Shown: positions 37,673-45,886 of the stretch, in pieces
How positions within the stretch are numbered: position 1 is the stretch's first letter
How the letters are laid out: each line of letters starts with the position of its first letter
Virus record (IMG/VR): IMGVR_UViG_3300037307_000721
From: a virus
Length of the DNA stretch: 64,000 nucleotides
Direction: 5' to 3' (one strand)
Translations under genes and position numbers: made by a program
Notes under the pieces: model-generated
The model's database searches: none
What the model was told of the DNA's origin: nothing
What the model saw: only the letters and a program-made list of their open reading frames with translations

Positions 37673-38674
37673 CTACTCGCTAGGCTCGACGGCAGGGTCG
37701 GGAGGGACGATGTTGCTTGTGGACTGTGGCAGGAAGCGCTCGGCCTCGCACAGCACCGGGCCCGTCTTGTCGACCGCCTTGTGAAGAAGGCGCGCAGCCT
37801 TCGCGCCGAAGAAGGCCCCCATCAAGTCCTCGAAGGACGAGAACGTGTCCAGGCGTTGCTCGATGAGCCGCTGGTGCGGACAACCGGCAATCGTGAGATC
37901 TGGATTGACGTAGATGGCGTCGCAGAGATGTACCTCCGGGTCCACGATCGAGTACTTCTCAGGCCGCAGCTCCTCCAGCTCCGCGAGCGAAATGAAGCCC
38001 TCGGGCAGTGGGCAATCGAACTGGACGACGATACCCCGGGCGCGAAGCCGTCGTGCCACCCCGAGGAGCTTGCCCTTGAACGTGGCGGCTTGCGCCCAAG
38101 ACACGTGCCGATTCCGCCTGAGGATCGACGCCCGGGCCAGGTCGAGACGCACCCTGGCGATTCCGAACTCCTCGCAGTAGCGAAATAGGTGCTCCTCCGG
38201 CTGGTCCAACCGCCAGATGGTGTAGGAGAGCGTCACGCAGTTGTCGCGCCCGCTCACGACTTTCAGATTACGACGAAAGGTCTGCAGCTCCTCCTCGCTG
38301 TACTGATCGAGTGAGTCCGCGTTGGCAAGAATGGTCACGCCGCGAAACGCCTCGAGCTTGGCCTCGTCGCACAGGAGGTTGGAGATGATCCGGAGCCGGG
38401 GATTGAGCCGCAATCGTTTCAATCGCTCGGCGCACGCGACGAAATCCGGGTGCATGGTGGGCTCGCCGCCGGCTAGCGACACGAAGTCGAGCCTCTCGCG
38501 CTCGGCCCAGGCGAAGAAGATGTCCACATCCTCGAGGGAGATCATGGCACGCTGCGGGTAATCGTGGCGTCGAAAGCAGAACTCGCAATGACGGTTGCAG
38601 GCGTTGGTCAGGTACAGGCCGAGAAACCGCCCTCCCAGATATGGGTACCCATCGACCACAATTTTGGTGAGCAT
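37673..38674 (-). CDS. radical SAM protein with SPASM/Twitch-like tail
   Basis: CNRHCEFC, GGEPTMHPDF, C-terminal C..I.VNPDL...GC. Confidence 0.9.
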   Translation of the reverse strand: MLTKIVVDGYPYLGGRFLGLYLTNACNRHCEFCFRRHDYPQRAMISLEDVDIFFAWAERERLDFVSLAGGEPTMHPDFVACAERLKRLRLNPRLRIISNLLCDEAKLEAFRGVTILANADSLDQYSEEELQTFRRNLKVVSGRDNCVTLSYTIWRLDQPEEHLFRYCEEFGIARVRLDLARASILRRNRHVSWAQAATFKGKLLGVARRLRARGIVVQFDCPLPEGFISLAELEELRPEKYSIVDPEVHLCDAIYVNPDLTIAGCPHQRLIEQRLDTFSSFEDLMGAFFGAKAARLLHKAVDKTGPVLCEAERFLPQSTSNIVPPDPAVEPSE

Positions 38675-38717
38675 TTTTCGCCTCCGATTCGCATGCTACT
38701 CGGAGGCACCTGGCTCG

Positions 38718-38980
38718 TCAAGCCTGCTCCTCCTGCCGCGACTTCTTGCCGAAGTGTCGCCGAGGGTTGCCGCAGCCCGGACAGGAGCAGGGCTTGCAAT
38801 GGGTCGAGGCCATCGTGCCGACCCACACGGGCTGGGCTCCTCAACGGACCCGGGGATCGACCAGGCCGCGCCGGGGAGCTTCACGCGGGACTTCACCTGC
38901 CAGACGCGGACGTAGAGATTGCGTGCGCGCTGCTTCGCCTTGGCGAGCTGCGCTCGACGGAACGAACGAGAACGGGACAT
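38718..38980 (-). pseudogene. small basic/Cys-rich protein split by a frameshift (or two ORFs)
   Basis: Frame 0 MSRSRSFRRAQ...; shifted frame 38828-38718 WVGTMASTHCKPCSCPGCGNPRRHFG. Confidence 0.5.
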
Positions 38981-39053
38981 GGCGATGCCTCCTTGATTCA
39001 GGTTGGCATCGTGTCCTCCTCTCCGTTCGCTCCTGGGGGGGCGAGTGGGGCTC

Positions 39054-39326
39054 TTAGCCCTTGAGGGTCTTGAGCGAGACGCCGGCGTTCGTGTTGATGA
39101 TGCCCTTGAGCTCGTTGACCAGGTCGACGAGGGCGTCGTACTCCGCCGCCGTGGGGGCGGCGCCGGCGGCGTGCACGCCGTTCGCGATCACCGCGGTGAC
39201 CGGCTGGATTCCGCCGAGATCATCGGCGATGTCCCGCAGGACCTCGGCCAGTGCCGGCTGGCTGTCGTGCCCGAAGGGGGCCATGTGCCCCCCGCCCGAA
39301 CCGTAGTTGACGGTGATGGTTGCCAT
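39054..39326 (-). CDS. head-fibre/decoration-like protein
   Basis: APTAAEYDALVDLVNELK motif; own promoter. Confidence 0.55.
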   Translation of the reverse strand: MATITVNYGSGGGHMAPFGHDSQPALAEVLRDIADDLGGIQPVTAVIANGVHAAGAAPTAAEYDALVDLVNELKGIINTNAGVSLKTLKG

Positions 39327-39373
39327 GATGTTGTCCTCTCTGCAGAATCCCTGGGTACCAATCAGCGCCCTGC

Positions 39374-39402
39374 AGTATAGGATCGGGCGGGGGCGGGGTC
39401 AA
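39374..39402 (-). promoter_or_regulatory. sigma70-like promoter
   Basis: TTGACC-17-TATACT. Confidence 0.7.
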
Positions 39403-39408
39403 GCAAGA

Positions 39409-39930
39409 TCACGCTCTTGCGCCGAGGTAGAGCTTCCAGGCCTCGGGGAGGGTCAGGGGCTCCCGGGAGAGCTCCAGGGTCAAGACCGGCACCCAGTCCG
39501 GCCGGTAGGGCTTGGACCGCAGACGCATCTTGGCCTGGACCGGCGTCCGGTCGGCCTTCGTGCTGTTGCAGTCCTTGCAGCTCGTGGTCACGTTCTCCCA
39601 CGCGGTCCGACCGCCCTGGGCCCTGGGCACGACGTGGTCCACCGTCAGCTCCGCGGCCGGCTTGCGCACGCCGCAGTACTGGCAGGTCCACCGGTCCCTG
39701 GCGAAGACGTTCTGCTTCCGGTACCGCACCCGCTGCTTCGAGCGCCGGAACACGTTCACCAGGCGCACCACGGCCGGCATCTTCAGGACCAGGCTGGAGG
39801 TCTTGATCTGCTGGTCGTCGTACTCCTCCACCACCTCCACCTTGCCTAGCGTGAGGAGGCAAATGGCGCGCTTCCAACTGATCGTGTTCAGGGGTTCGTA
39901 GCCCGCGCTGAGTAGGAGTGTCCGCTGCAT
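39409..39930 (-). CDS. HNH endonuclease (McrA/HNH_5-type)
   Basis: RD..TCQYCG...TVDHVVPR..GG...WENV..SC..CN..K. Confidence 0.92.
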   Translation of the reverse strand: MQRTLLLSAGYEPLNTISWKRAICLLTLGKVEVVEEYDDQQIKTSSLVLKMPAVVRLVNVFRRSKQRVRYRKQNVFARDRWTCQYCGVRKPAAELTVDHVVPRAQGGRTAWENVTTSCKDCNSTKADRTPVQAKMRLRSKPYRPDWVPVLTLELSREPLTLPEAWKLYLGARA

Positions 39931-40026
39931 GGTAGTTTTCCTATTGCACCCAGGTCATGGTTTCTTCCTCGAGGGATCGCACCCCTCACCGCAGAATAGT
40001 GCAGGTCGTGGCCACTTGTGAAGGAG

Positions 40027-40100
40027 TGCCCAGCGAGGGATTCGAACCCTCACTTGCCGGGGTTTGAAGCCGGTGCCTCTACCGATTGGACTAGCTGGGC
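40027..40100 (-). tRNA. tRNA-Leu(CAA), short variable loop
   Basis: Hand-folded cloverleaf; loop TT-CAA-AC. Confidence 0.8.
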
Positions 40101-40106
40101 GTGAAG

Positions 40107-40190
40107 TGCACGGGAGGGGATTCGAACCCCTACGACCTTTCGATCGCCAGCCCCTCAAGCTGGTGCGGCTACCAATTACGCCACCCGTGC
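40107..40190 (-). tRNA. tRNA-Leu(GAG), long variable arm
   Basis: Cloverleaf; TT-GAG-GG. Confidence 0.9.
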
Positions 40191-40191
40191 G

Positions 40192-40267
40192 TGGTCGGGC
40201 AGGCGGGGGTCGAACCCGCAGCCTCTCGGCCCCCAGCCGAGCGAGCTACCACATGCTCCTCTGCCCG
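40192..40267 (-). tRNA. tRNA-Pro(GGG)
   Basis: Cloverleaf; CCA encoded. Confidence 0.9.
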
Positions 40268-40271
40268 TTGA

Positions 40272-40345
40272 TGCCCCCGGCGAGATTCGAACTCGCAACT
40301 CGCGGGGTTTAGGCCCGCCGCTTCTTCCATTTGCGCTACGAGGGC
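40272..40345 (-). tRNA. tRNA-Leu(TAA), short variable loop
   Basis: Cloverleaf; CC-TAA-AC. Confidence 0.8.
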
Positions 40346-40346
40346 C

Positions 40347-40420
40347 TGGTAGCAGCGTCCGGACTCGAACCGGAGCGACGTCGGTTATGGGCCGACTCGG
40401 GGAGCCCGTCCCTCGCTGCC
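40347..40420 (-). tRNA. tRNA-CAT (Met or Ile2), short D arm
   Basis: CC-CAT-AA; CCA encoded. Confidence 0.75.
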
Positions 40421-40424
40421 AGGA

Positions 40425-40507
40425 TGCCGGAGACAGGAATCGAACCTGCACGGTCTCGCGACCACCGGGTCCTAGGCCCAGCGCGGCTGCCGTTTCGCCA
40501 CTCCGGC
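40425..40507 (-). tRNA. tRNA-Leu(TAG), long variable arm
   Basis: Cloverleaf. Confidence 0.9.
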
Positions 40508-40515
40508 GAGGCGAA

Positions 40516-40809
40516 TCAGGCCTGGGGCCTGCGTAGCGGAATGACCGCGCCCTCGCCCACGAGGCCAAGCTTGGGCGGGTGCACGTCGAAGATGAAGCGG
40601 TCGCTCATCACGCGGTCCTGTGTCACCGTGACGGTGAAGCTCGCGAAGGCGGGCTCGTAGACGGCCATCTCGGCGAGCTTCTTGCGAAGCGCCGTCTGGA
40701 CCTCTTCCTTGAGCTGACCTCCGACGTCGATCTCTCGGCCCTTGAACTGCTCGAGCACGGAGCCGAACTCCTCCTCGAGCACACGCTGCTGGAACTTGCT
40801 GAATGGCAT
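40516..40809 (-). CDS. hypothetical protein
   Basis: 97 aa, AAGGAGG RBS, between tRNAs. Confidence 0.65.
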   Translation of the reverse strand: MPFSKFQQRVLEEEFGSVLEQFKGREIDVGGQLKEEVQTALRKKLAEMAVYEPAFASFTVTVTQDRVMSDRFIFDVHPPKLGLVGEGAVIPLRRPQA

Positions 40810-40828
40810 CGCTCTGTACCTCCTTCGG

Positions 40829-40904
40829 TACCCCCAGCAGGACTCGAACCTGCGACCTTCCGGTCCGTAGCCGGACGCTCTGGTTCCAACTGAGCTATGG
40901 GGGC
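40829..40904 (-). tRNA. tRNA-Arg(ACG)
   Basis: Cloverleaf. Confidence 0.92.
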
Positions 40905-40912
40905 ATTTGCTT

Positions 40913-41524
40913 CTACTTGTAGGCCTCCCTGAGGATCTTCTTGTCGAAGTCCGACGGGAGGACGAACTTCATCTCCTCGGTTTGCCCGGGCTGCACCGGA
41001 TACATGATGCTGCGCGGGGCCTCATCGTGTGCGAGACCGAGCACGTGCCCGAGCTCGTGTGCCGCGTAGCGCATGACGGCATGGACATCGGATGGCTCGC
41101 TGATCTCAACGGCGGCCGAGGTCGGACCGTCGGGCCCACCCTTGTGACTCGTGTTGCCGCCCGCCTCACTGCCCGGCGTCTTGCTGCCCCAGGAGACGAC
41201 GACCTTCGCCTTGGCCTTGTCCGCCTCGAGCTTGAAGACCTCGCCGATCTCCTGGTTCCACATCTTGAGCGCGCCGATGATGCTCTCGCGGTAGTTCGCC
41301 TCGGCGTGCTTGTCGAGGTCGAGCGCGACGGTGAGCGGGATGTCACTCTTCTTCCACTTGAGCTCGACCTTCGGCTGGCAGTCGGGAGCGTAGTTGGCCT
41401 GCCCGTTCGCCCAGCAGACCTGCATGAAGCCCGGCTCCTTGTGCGTGAGGACGCCGTAGAGAACGCCCGCGCCCGCGCCAACGAAGACGATGATGCCGAT
41501 GACGTACCAAACCCACTTCTTCAT
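40913..41524 (-). CDS. matrixin-type metzincin metalloprotease, membrane-anchored
   Basis: HELGHVLGLAH + SIMYP Met-turn; N-terminal TM. Confidence 0.9.
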   Translation of the reverse strand: MKKWVWYVIGIIVFVGAGAGVLYGVLTHKEPGFMQVCWANGQANYAPDCQPKVELKWKKSDIPLTVALDLDKHAEANYRESIIGALKMWNQEIGEVFKLEADKAKAKVVVSWGSKTPGSEAGGNTSHKGGPDGPTSAAVEISEPSDVHAVMRYAAHELGHVLGLAHDEAPRSIMYPVQPGQTEEMKFVLPSDFDKKILREAYK

Positions 41525-41569
41525 GGATGTGCCTCCTGGTTGAGTCATCGGAGACTACCACAAGTGGGG

Positions 41570-41646
41570 TGGTGCTCGCAGCAGGGATCGAACCTGCGAC
41601 CTCCTGGTTGTGATCCAGGCGCTCGTTCCAACTGAGCTATGCGAGC
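41570..41646 (-). tRNA. tRNA-Val(CAC)
   Basis: Cloverleaf; CCA. Confidence 0.92.
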
Positions 41647-41648
41647 GT

Positions 41649-41721
41649 TGGGCGAGACAGGCATCGAACCTGCGACCCTCTGTGTGTAAGACAGGCGCTC
41701 TTCCGACTGAGCTACTCGCCC
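41649..41721 (-). tRNA. tRNA-Val(TAC)
   Basis: Cloverleaf. Confidence 0.92.
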
Positions 41722-41722
41722 T

Positions 41723-41798
41723 TGGTACCGCCAGAAGGACTCGAACCTTCATCCCAGGCTCCGGAGGCCTGTGCCCTGTTCCCTTGGACCATGGCGGC
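41723..41798 (-). tRNA. tRNA-Arg(CCG)
   Basis: Cloverleaf; CCA. Confidence 0.92.
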
Positions 41799-41802
41799 GT
41801 AG

Positions 41803-41874
41803 TACCCCGACCCAGAATCGAACTGGAGCCTTCAGCTTAGGAGGCTGACGTGATGTCCACTTCACCATCGGGGC
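41803..41874 (-). tRNA. tRNA-Arg(CCT)
   Basis: Cloverleaf. Confidence 0.88.
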
Positions 41875-41877
41875 AAG

Positions 41878-41953
41878 CACCCCCGGCGCGACTCGAACGC
41901 GCATCGTCCCGGGTAGAAGCCGGGCGCCCTGATTCCGATTGGACCACGGGGGT
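41878..41953 (-). tRNA. tRNA-Arg(TCT)
   Basis: Cloverleaf. Confidence 0.9.
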
Positions 41954-41957
41954 TCAG

Positions 41958-42028
41958 AGGCACCGCCCGGAGTCGAACCGGGCTCTCGCGGTTTGCAGCC
42001 GCGCGCCTAGCCGCTTGGCTACGGTGCC
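41958..42028 (-). tRNA. tRNA-Cys(GCA)
   Basis: Cloverleaf; U73. Confidence 0.9.
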
Positions 42029-42031
42029 GAG

Positions 42032-42100
42032 CGGGCCAGGAAGGAATCGAACCCTCGCCTCACGGTTTGGAGCCGTGGTGGTCGCCATGACCTCTGACCC
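42032..42100 (-). tRNA. tRNA-Trp(CCA), short D arm
   Basis: CT-CCA-AA. Confidence 0.82.
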
Positions 42101-42103
42101 ATC

Positions 42104-42178
42104 GGAGCCGTCAGCCGGAATCGAACCGGCGACCTCTTCCTTACCAAGGAAGTGCTCTGCCGACTGAGCTATGACGGC
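42104..42178 (-). tRNA. tRNA-Thr(GGT)
   Basis: Cloverleaf. Confidence 0.93.
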
Positions 42179-42187
42179 GATTTCGAT

Positions 42188-42496
42188 CTATCCGCACCCG
42201 GGGCGCGGGAGACCGCCGAACTTGCAGGCCAGGCTCAGGCCCGCGGGGAAGAGCGCGTAGAGCTCGCGAATGCTGGTCGGGAGGTCGACACAGAGCTCGC
42301 GAACTCGAGGGAGCTTGCCGTTCATCGCGTAGAAGGCGCGTAGGAAGCGGATGAGCTGCATGTGCCGCGGCGTCAGCGTGACGCCCGGGCCCTTGGCGAG
42401 AGCGTGCGCGACGCCGTCGGACCACTTCGTGTGGTCTTTGAAGAAGCCGTTGCCGTCGACCTCGTAGCGCGTCTTGCCTATCTCGATGAAGGGCAT
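42188..42496 (-). CDS. dsrC: DsrC/TusE-family sulfur-relay protein
   Basis: VDGNGF....WS...A..LA....LT..H..I.FLR.FY...LY.LFP...ACK.GGLPRPGCG; two C-terminal Cys. Confidence 0.88.
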   Translation of the reverse strand: MPFIEIGKTRYEVDGNGFFKDHTKWSDGVAHALAKGPGVTLTPRHMQLIRFLRAFYAMNGKLPRVRELCVDLPTSIRELYALFPAGLSLACKFGGLPRPGCG

Positions 42497-42497
42497 C

Positions 42498-42573
42498 TGG
42501 TGGGCTGCGCCGGAATCGAACCGACGACCTCTTGCGTGTCGAGCAAGCGCTCTTCCTTCTGAGCTAGCAGCCC
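42498..42573 (-). tRNA. tRNA-Val(GAC)
   Basis: Cloverleaf; CCA. Confidence 0.92.
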
Positions 42574-42578
42574 GTTCT

Positions 42579-42652
42579 TGCTCTCAGCGGGAGTCGAACC
42601 CGCACTTCCAGAGTGAAAGTCTGGCGTCCAGAATCCGCTAGACCATGAGAGC
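42579..42652 (-). tRNA. tRNA-Glu(TTC)
   Basis: Cloverleaf. Confidence 0.9.
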
Positions 42653-42663
42653 TCGTCAAGGTT

Positions 42664-42736
42664 TGTTCCCGACCGGACTCGAACCGGCGTCTCCGGGTTG
42701 AGGGCCCGGGATCCTAGGCCACTAGACGACGGGAAC
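42664..42736 (-). tRNA. tRNA-Glu(CTC)
   Basis: Cloverleaf. Confidence 0.9.
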
Positions 42737-42738
42737 AT

Positions 42739-43125
42739 TCAACGCCGCGCATGCCGGCCGCGATGCACCGACTTGCCAGCGCACGATCGCGAGCAGAAGA
42801 AGATCCTCTGCCCGACCTTTCGCTTCGTGTTCACTTGCCGCGCCTCACGAGTGAAGCACTTGCCGCAATGCCCGCAGTGCAACTCGATGAGCGTTCGCGG
42901 CCTGCTGTGATGCCGCGTGTGTTGCCCGCGGCCCATGAGCTTGAGGTTCTTGCCGACGTTGTCGTGCGGGTCGGTGTTGTCGTGATGCACCACCTCCCCG
43001 CACTGCGGCAAGCGCCGATGCTTTCGCCAGAACACCAGGTGATGCTCGTAGCAATAGCGCCCGCGGTATTTCTTGCCCGGGTAGTCGTCAGGCGCGACGA
43101 CCAGGATGTACTTGCCGTTTCGCAT
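42739..43125 (-). mobile_element. free-standing HNH homing endonuclease
   Basis: YEHHLV...VVHHDNTDPHDN..KNL; own promoter TTGCCA-17-TAGGAT (43160-43132). Confidence 0.85.
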
Positions 43126-43167
43126 GACGCAATCCTACACACCAGTTAACAGCTTGGCAAGCTCTAG

Positions 43168-43238
43168 CTCCGAGACCGGGACTCGAACCCGGAATAAGCG
43201 GTTAACAGCCGCCCGTGATGCCATTTCACCATCTCGGA
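43168..43238 (-). tRNA. tRNA-Asn(GTT)
   Basis: Cloverleaf. Confidence 0.9.
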
Positions 43239-43239
43239 A

Positions 43240-43275
43240 GGAACCAGCCGCTCTACCTGACTGAGCTACGCTGGA
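43240..43275 (-). pseudogene. orphan tRNA 5' half
   Basis: TCCAGCG-TA-GCTC-AGTCAGGTA-GAGC-G-GCTGG, then directly tRNA-Asn. Confidence 0.6.
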
Positions 43276-43287
43276 ATGGAATGCTGG

Positions 43288-43488
43288 CTACTGCGTGGGA
43301 AGCGCATCGGAGGCGGCAGACGCCTCCTTGGGTGTGCTGGCCTCGACCGGAGTTGAGGCCTCCTTGACGCCGACCTCCTGCGCCACGGCGGCTTCCTGGA
43401 CCACCTTGGCGTCGACGGTTGGCGGCTTGGAATCATCGCTGCACGCGACGAAGAGCAGGGCCAATGCTAGGGCTAAGAACAGTCGCAT
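43288..43488 (-). CDS. small low-complexity lipoprotein
   Basis: LALLFVA|C lipobox. Confidence 0.65.
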   Translation of the reverse strand: MRLFLALALALLFVACSDDSKPPTVDAKVVQEAAVAQEVGVKEASTPVEASTPKEASAASDALPTQ

Positions 43489-43553
43489 GATCTTCTTCCT
43501 CCTGTGGAGTCCTTCCCACCCTACACGAGGCGAGGAAGATGGGCAACCAGGCC

Positions 43554-44177
43554 CTAGGCGATGCGAATCAACGAGGAGGGCGTGAGCTGCCAGCTCCGCT
43601 TCTTGCCCTGCTCGAGGAAGGTCTGCGCCACCTGGGCGATGAGCGCGCCGGCCATCGCGTGGAAGGGCAGGTTCTGCCCGTCCTCGCAGGTCGCCGCGCC
43701 GTCGCCGCCGGAGTCGGCGTTGAAGTCCTCGGTCCAGACCGCCCGGGCCACCGTGCCGTCGCCGGACAGGCACCCGTGCAGGCAGGGAACGATGGACTCG
43801 AGAGGCTTGCGCGGGTCGGTGTGCTGGTCTACATGGCAGCGTCCGCAGTGCAGCTGGATGAGCCTCCGCGCCTCGTAGTTGTCCGTGCAGTCGATGACGA
43901 GCGACCCGCCGAGGATGTCGAGGTTGCTCTCGAGCAGCTTGTGCGGGATCGCGTTGACCCGGCACTTGAACATCCCCGACAGGGCCTGCTGCACGGCCAG
44001 CGCCTTGTTCTTGCCCTTGCCGAGCTCGGTGTGAAACTGGCTCTGGATGTTCTTGGCCTCGACCCGATCGAAGTCGACCAGGTTGAGGCTCACGCCCGAC
44101 CAGTTCCGCGCGAAGAGCGCGACGTGGGAGCCCAAGGCGCCCATGCCGACGATGACGACTCGTCTTGGGGCTTCCAT
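43554..44177 (-). CDS. ThiF/E1-like adenylating enzyme
   Basis: VVIVGMGALGS, VDFDRVE.KN..SQ, GKNKA, VIDCTDN..AR, C-terminal TCE. Confidence 0.93.
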   Translation of the reverse strand: MEAPRRVVIVGMGALGSHVALFARNWSGVSLNLVDFDRVEAKNIQSQFHTELGKGKNKALAVQQALSGMFKCRVNAIPHKLLESNLDILGGSLVIDCTDNYEARRLIQLHCGRCHVDQHTDPRKPLESIVPCLHGCLSGDGTVARAVWTEDFNADSGGDGAATCEDGQNLPFHAMAGALIAQVAQTFLEQGKKRSWQLTPSSLIRIA

Positions 44178-44187
44178 GCTGTACCTC

Positions 44188-44793
44188 CTATCGCGAGACC
44201 ACGTGCAGCTTGCGCGGGATCTGGTCCAGCGTCGCGGCGAGAGCTGCGTTGTCCTCCTGGACCTTGCCGGGCAGGTTGCGCTTGACCTTCGCGTAGAACG
44301 GGCTCTCGAGCCACTCGGCGTACTGCATGCGACCGCGGGCCTTGTTGCACTTGCGGCAGCACGCGACGAGGTTGGCTTCGATGCTCGGGCCGCCCTCCTC
44401 CCAGAGCACCAGGTGGTCGACCGTGAGCGGGACCTTGTCGTTCCAGCAGTAACGGCAGCGGTAGCCGTCGCGCCGGTAGACGTTCCAGGAGACGCCCTGT
44501 TCGATCTGGCGCGTCGACTTCCTGATGATGACCTTGGCGAGCTTGCCGTCGCTCGCCTTGGCCAGCACCTCGGTCTCGAGGAGGTCGGTCTGCTTGACGA
44601 TCTGCTCCCAATCGCCCTGGGTCAGGTTGAGGGTGAAGAGCTTGCGCCCATCGAGATGATCATCTGGCAGCAAGCACAGGTAGAGCTTCTCCGAGTCCCC
44701 GTAGATGACGCCGGCGACCTGGATGGTGTGCCCGAACTTCTGGAGCTCGAGCGTGAGAAAATCGATCGAGAGTGGCGGGTTGTCGACAAGCAT
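44188..44793 (-). CDS. HNH nuclease with N-terminal extension
   Basis: RRDGYRCRYC...TVDH...GG....NLVACC..CN..RG. Confidence 0.88.
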   Translation of the reverse strand: MLVDNPPLSIDFLTLELQKFGHTIQVAGVIYGDSEKLYLCLLPDDHLDGRKLFTLNLTQGDWEQIVKQTDLLETEVLAKASDGKLAKVIIRKSTRQIEQGVSWNVYRRDGYRCRYCWNDKVPLTVDHLVLWEEGGPSIEANLVACCRKCNKARGRMQYAEWLESPFYAKVKRNLPGKVQEDNAALAATLDQIPRKLHVVSR

Positions 44794-44799
44794 CGCCGG

Positions 44800-45075
44800 T
44801 CACCCACCGAACTCGGTCTTCGGCCGGAGGAAGATGCGCGGGGGCAGGTCGCCCGTCGCGTCGAAGCGCTCGACGACGAAGTCCCGGAAGTTGACATTCG
44901 GGTCGGCGTCGATGCCCTGGATGTAGCCGGTTCGCACCGCCTCGGAGGCGATCGTCTTCACGTCGCCCTCGGTGGTGTCGATGCCGACCATGTCGGGGAG
45001 GTCCCCGTTCTGGCCGCGCCAGGTCACGTTGAGCCTCGCCTGGTTCCTGTTGAAGACCACGATTTCGTCTGCCAT
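44800..45075 (-). CDS. ubiquitin-like beta-grasp protein ending in -GG
   Basis: 91 aa, ends IFLRPKTEFGG; sits between JAB and E1. Confidence 0.75.
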   Translation of the reverse strand: MADEIVVFNRNQARLNVTWRGQNGDLPDMVGIDTTEGDVKTIASEAVRTGYIQGIDADPNVNFRDFVVERFDATGDLPPRIFLRPKTEFGG

Positions 45076-45096
45076 GGTTGATACCCCTTCCTTTCT

Positions 45097-45471
45097 TTAC
45101 CTCGAGAGGTCTCGTAGTTCCTCGATGCTCTCCTTCGGTATCCTGAAGCGCCGCTGCGTGAGCGGTGCGTAGTCCGTTCGTTCCGGCCCCACCCACTCGA
45201 AGTAGCCCACCTCCGAGAAGGTGACGATCGGCCAGACCAGTCTCTGACCGAGAGCCTCCTCGATCGCGGCGAAGGTCGTCACGTCGATGGAAGATGGGCT
45301 GGCAGCGCCGTGCCAAGGGTGCGTGTGCGCGACGCCACCCAGGTGCTCCCGGTTCTCCCAGAGCACCTCCCAGAGTGACCGACTGTCGGGCAGGTAGCCC
45401 TGGGAGCGATCTGCCGGCACGTGCCAGTGAATGACGCCGCCGTACTTGCTGAAGACGAGTCCAGTTTCCAT
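45097..45471 (-). CDS. JAB/MPN+ metallo-isopeptidase
   Basis: METGLV (Glu)...AHTHP...SPSSID (JAMM motif). Confidence 0.88.
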   Translation of the reverse strand: METGLVFSKYGGVIHWHVPADRSQGYLPDSRSLWEVLWENREHLGGVAHTHPWHGAASPSSIDVTTFAAIEEALGQRLVWPIVTFSEVGYFEWVGPERTDYAPLTQRRFRIPKESIEELRDLSR

Positions 45472-45886
45472 CAGAACGTGCCCTTGCTCTTGCACGAGCG
45501 CTTGCGCTTGCCGCACTCGAAGCACTCGAGCTCGACCCCGTCGCGCACCCGCTGCCGGTATTCCCAGTCGTGCCGTCCGAGCCTGCAGAGCAAACGGCGA
45601 AGGCCCGGGAGCCGATGCCAGTTGTCGACGTGTCGGAAGAAGCCGAGCGCGCCGATGAGATTCTCGATCTTCTTCATCGCTACCCCGCGTCGAACATGCG
45701 AATGAAGGCGCCGCAGTTGGTGCAGTGGATGTCGCCCTCGTGCCACATCATGGAGTAGTTGCGCATCTCCCGATGCTCCGGGTCATCGTCCCCGCACTTG
45801 GGACACGGGATGGCTGCGCGGCCATCCTTCGCTCGCACGCTCATGACGCCGCACTCAACGCCTCGCTCGTCGTACGCCGTTGGCAT
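45471..45886 (-). CDS. two small Zn-ribbon ORFs (45471-45677, 45680-45886)
   Basis: LC.LGRHDW...CFECG; CPKC...CTNC. Confidence 0.55.

Noticed and set aside
39409-39930. IscB/HEARO or Cas9-like RNA-guided nuclease
   Set aside because: Only 173 aa, with no RuvC motifs or PLMP N-terminus; an ordinary HNH_5-type protein.
40272-40507. Suppressor tRNAs or a recoded genetic code (anticodons TAA, TAG; also TGA at 53276)
   Set aside because: These anticodons read UUA, CUA and UCA sense codons. No CTA, TTA or TCA anticodon was found, and genes end normally on all three stops.
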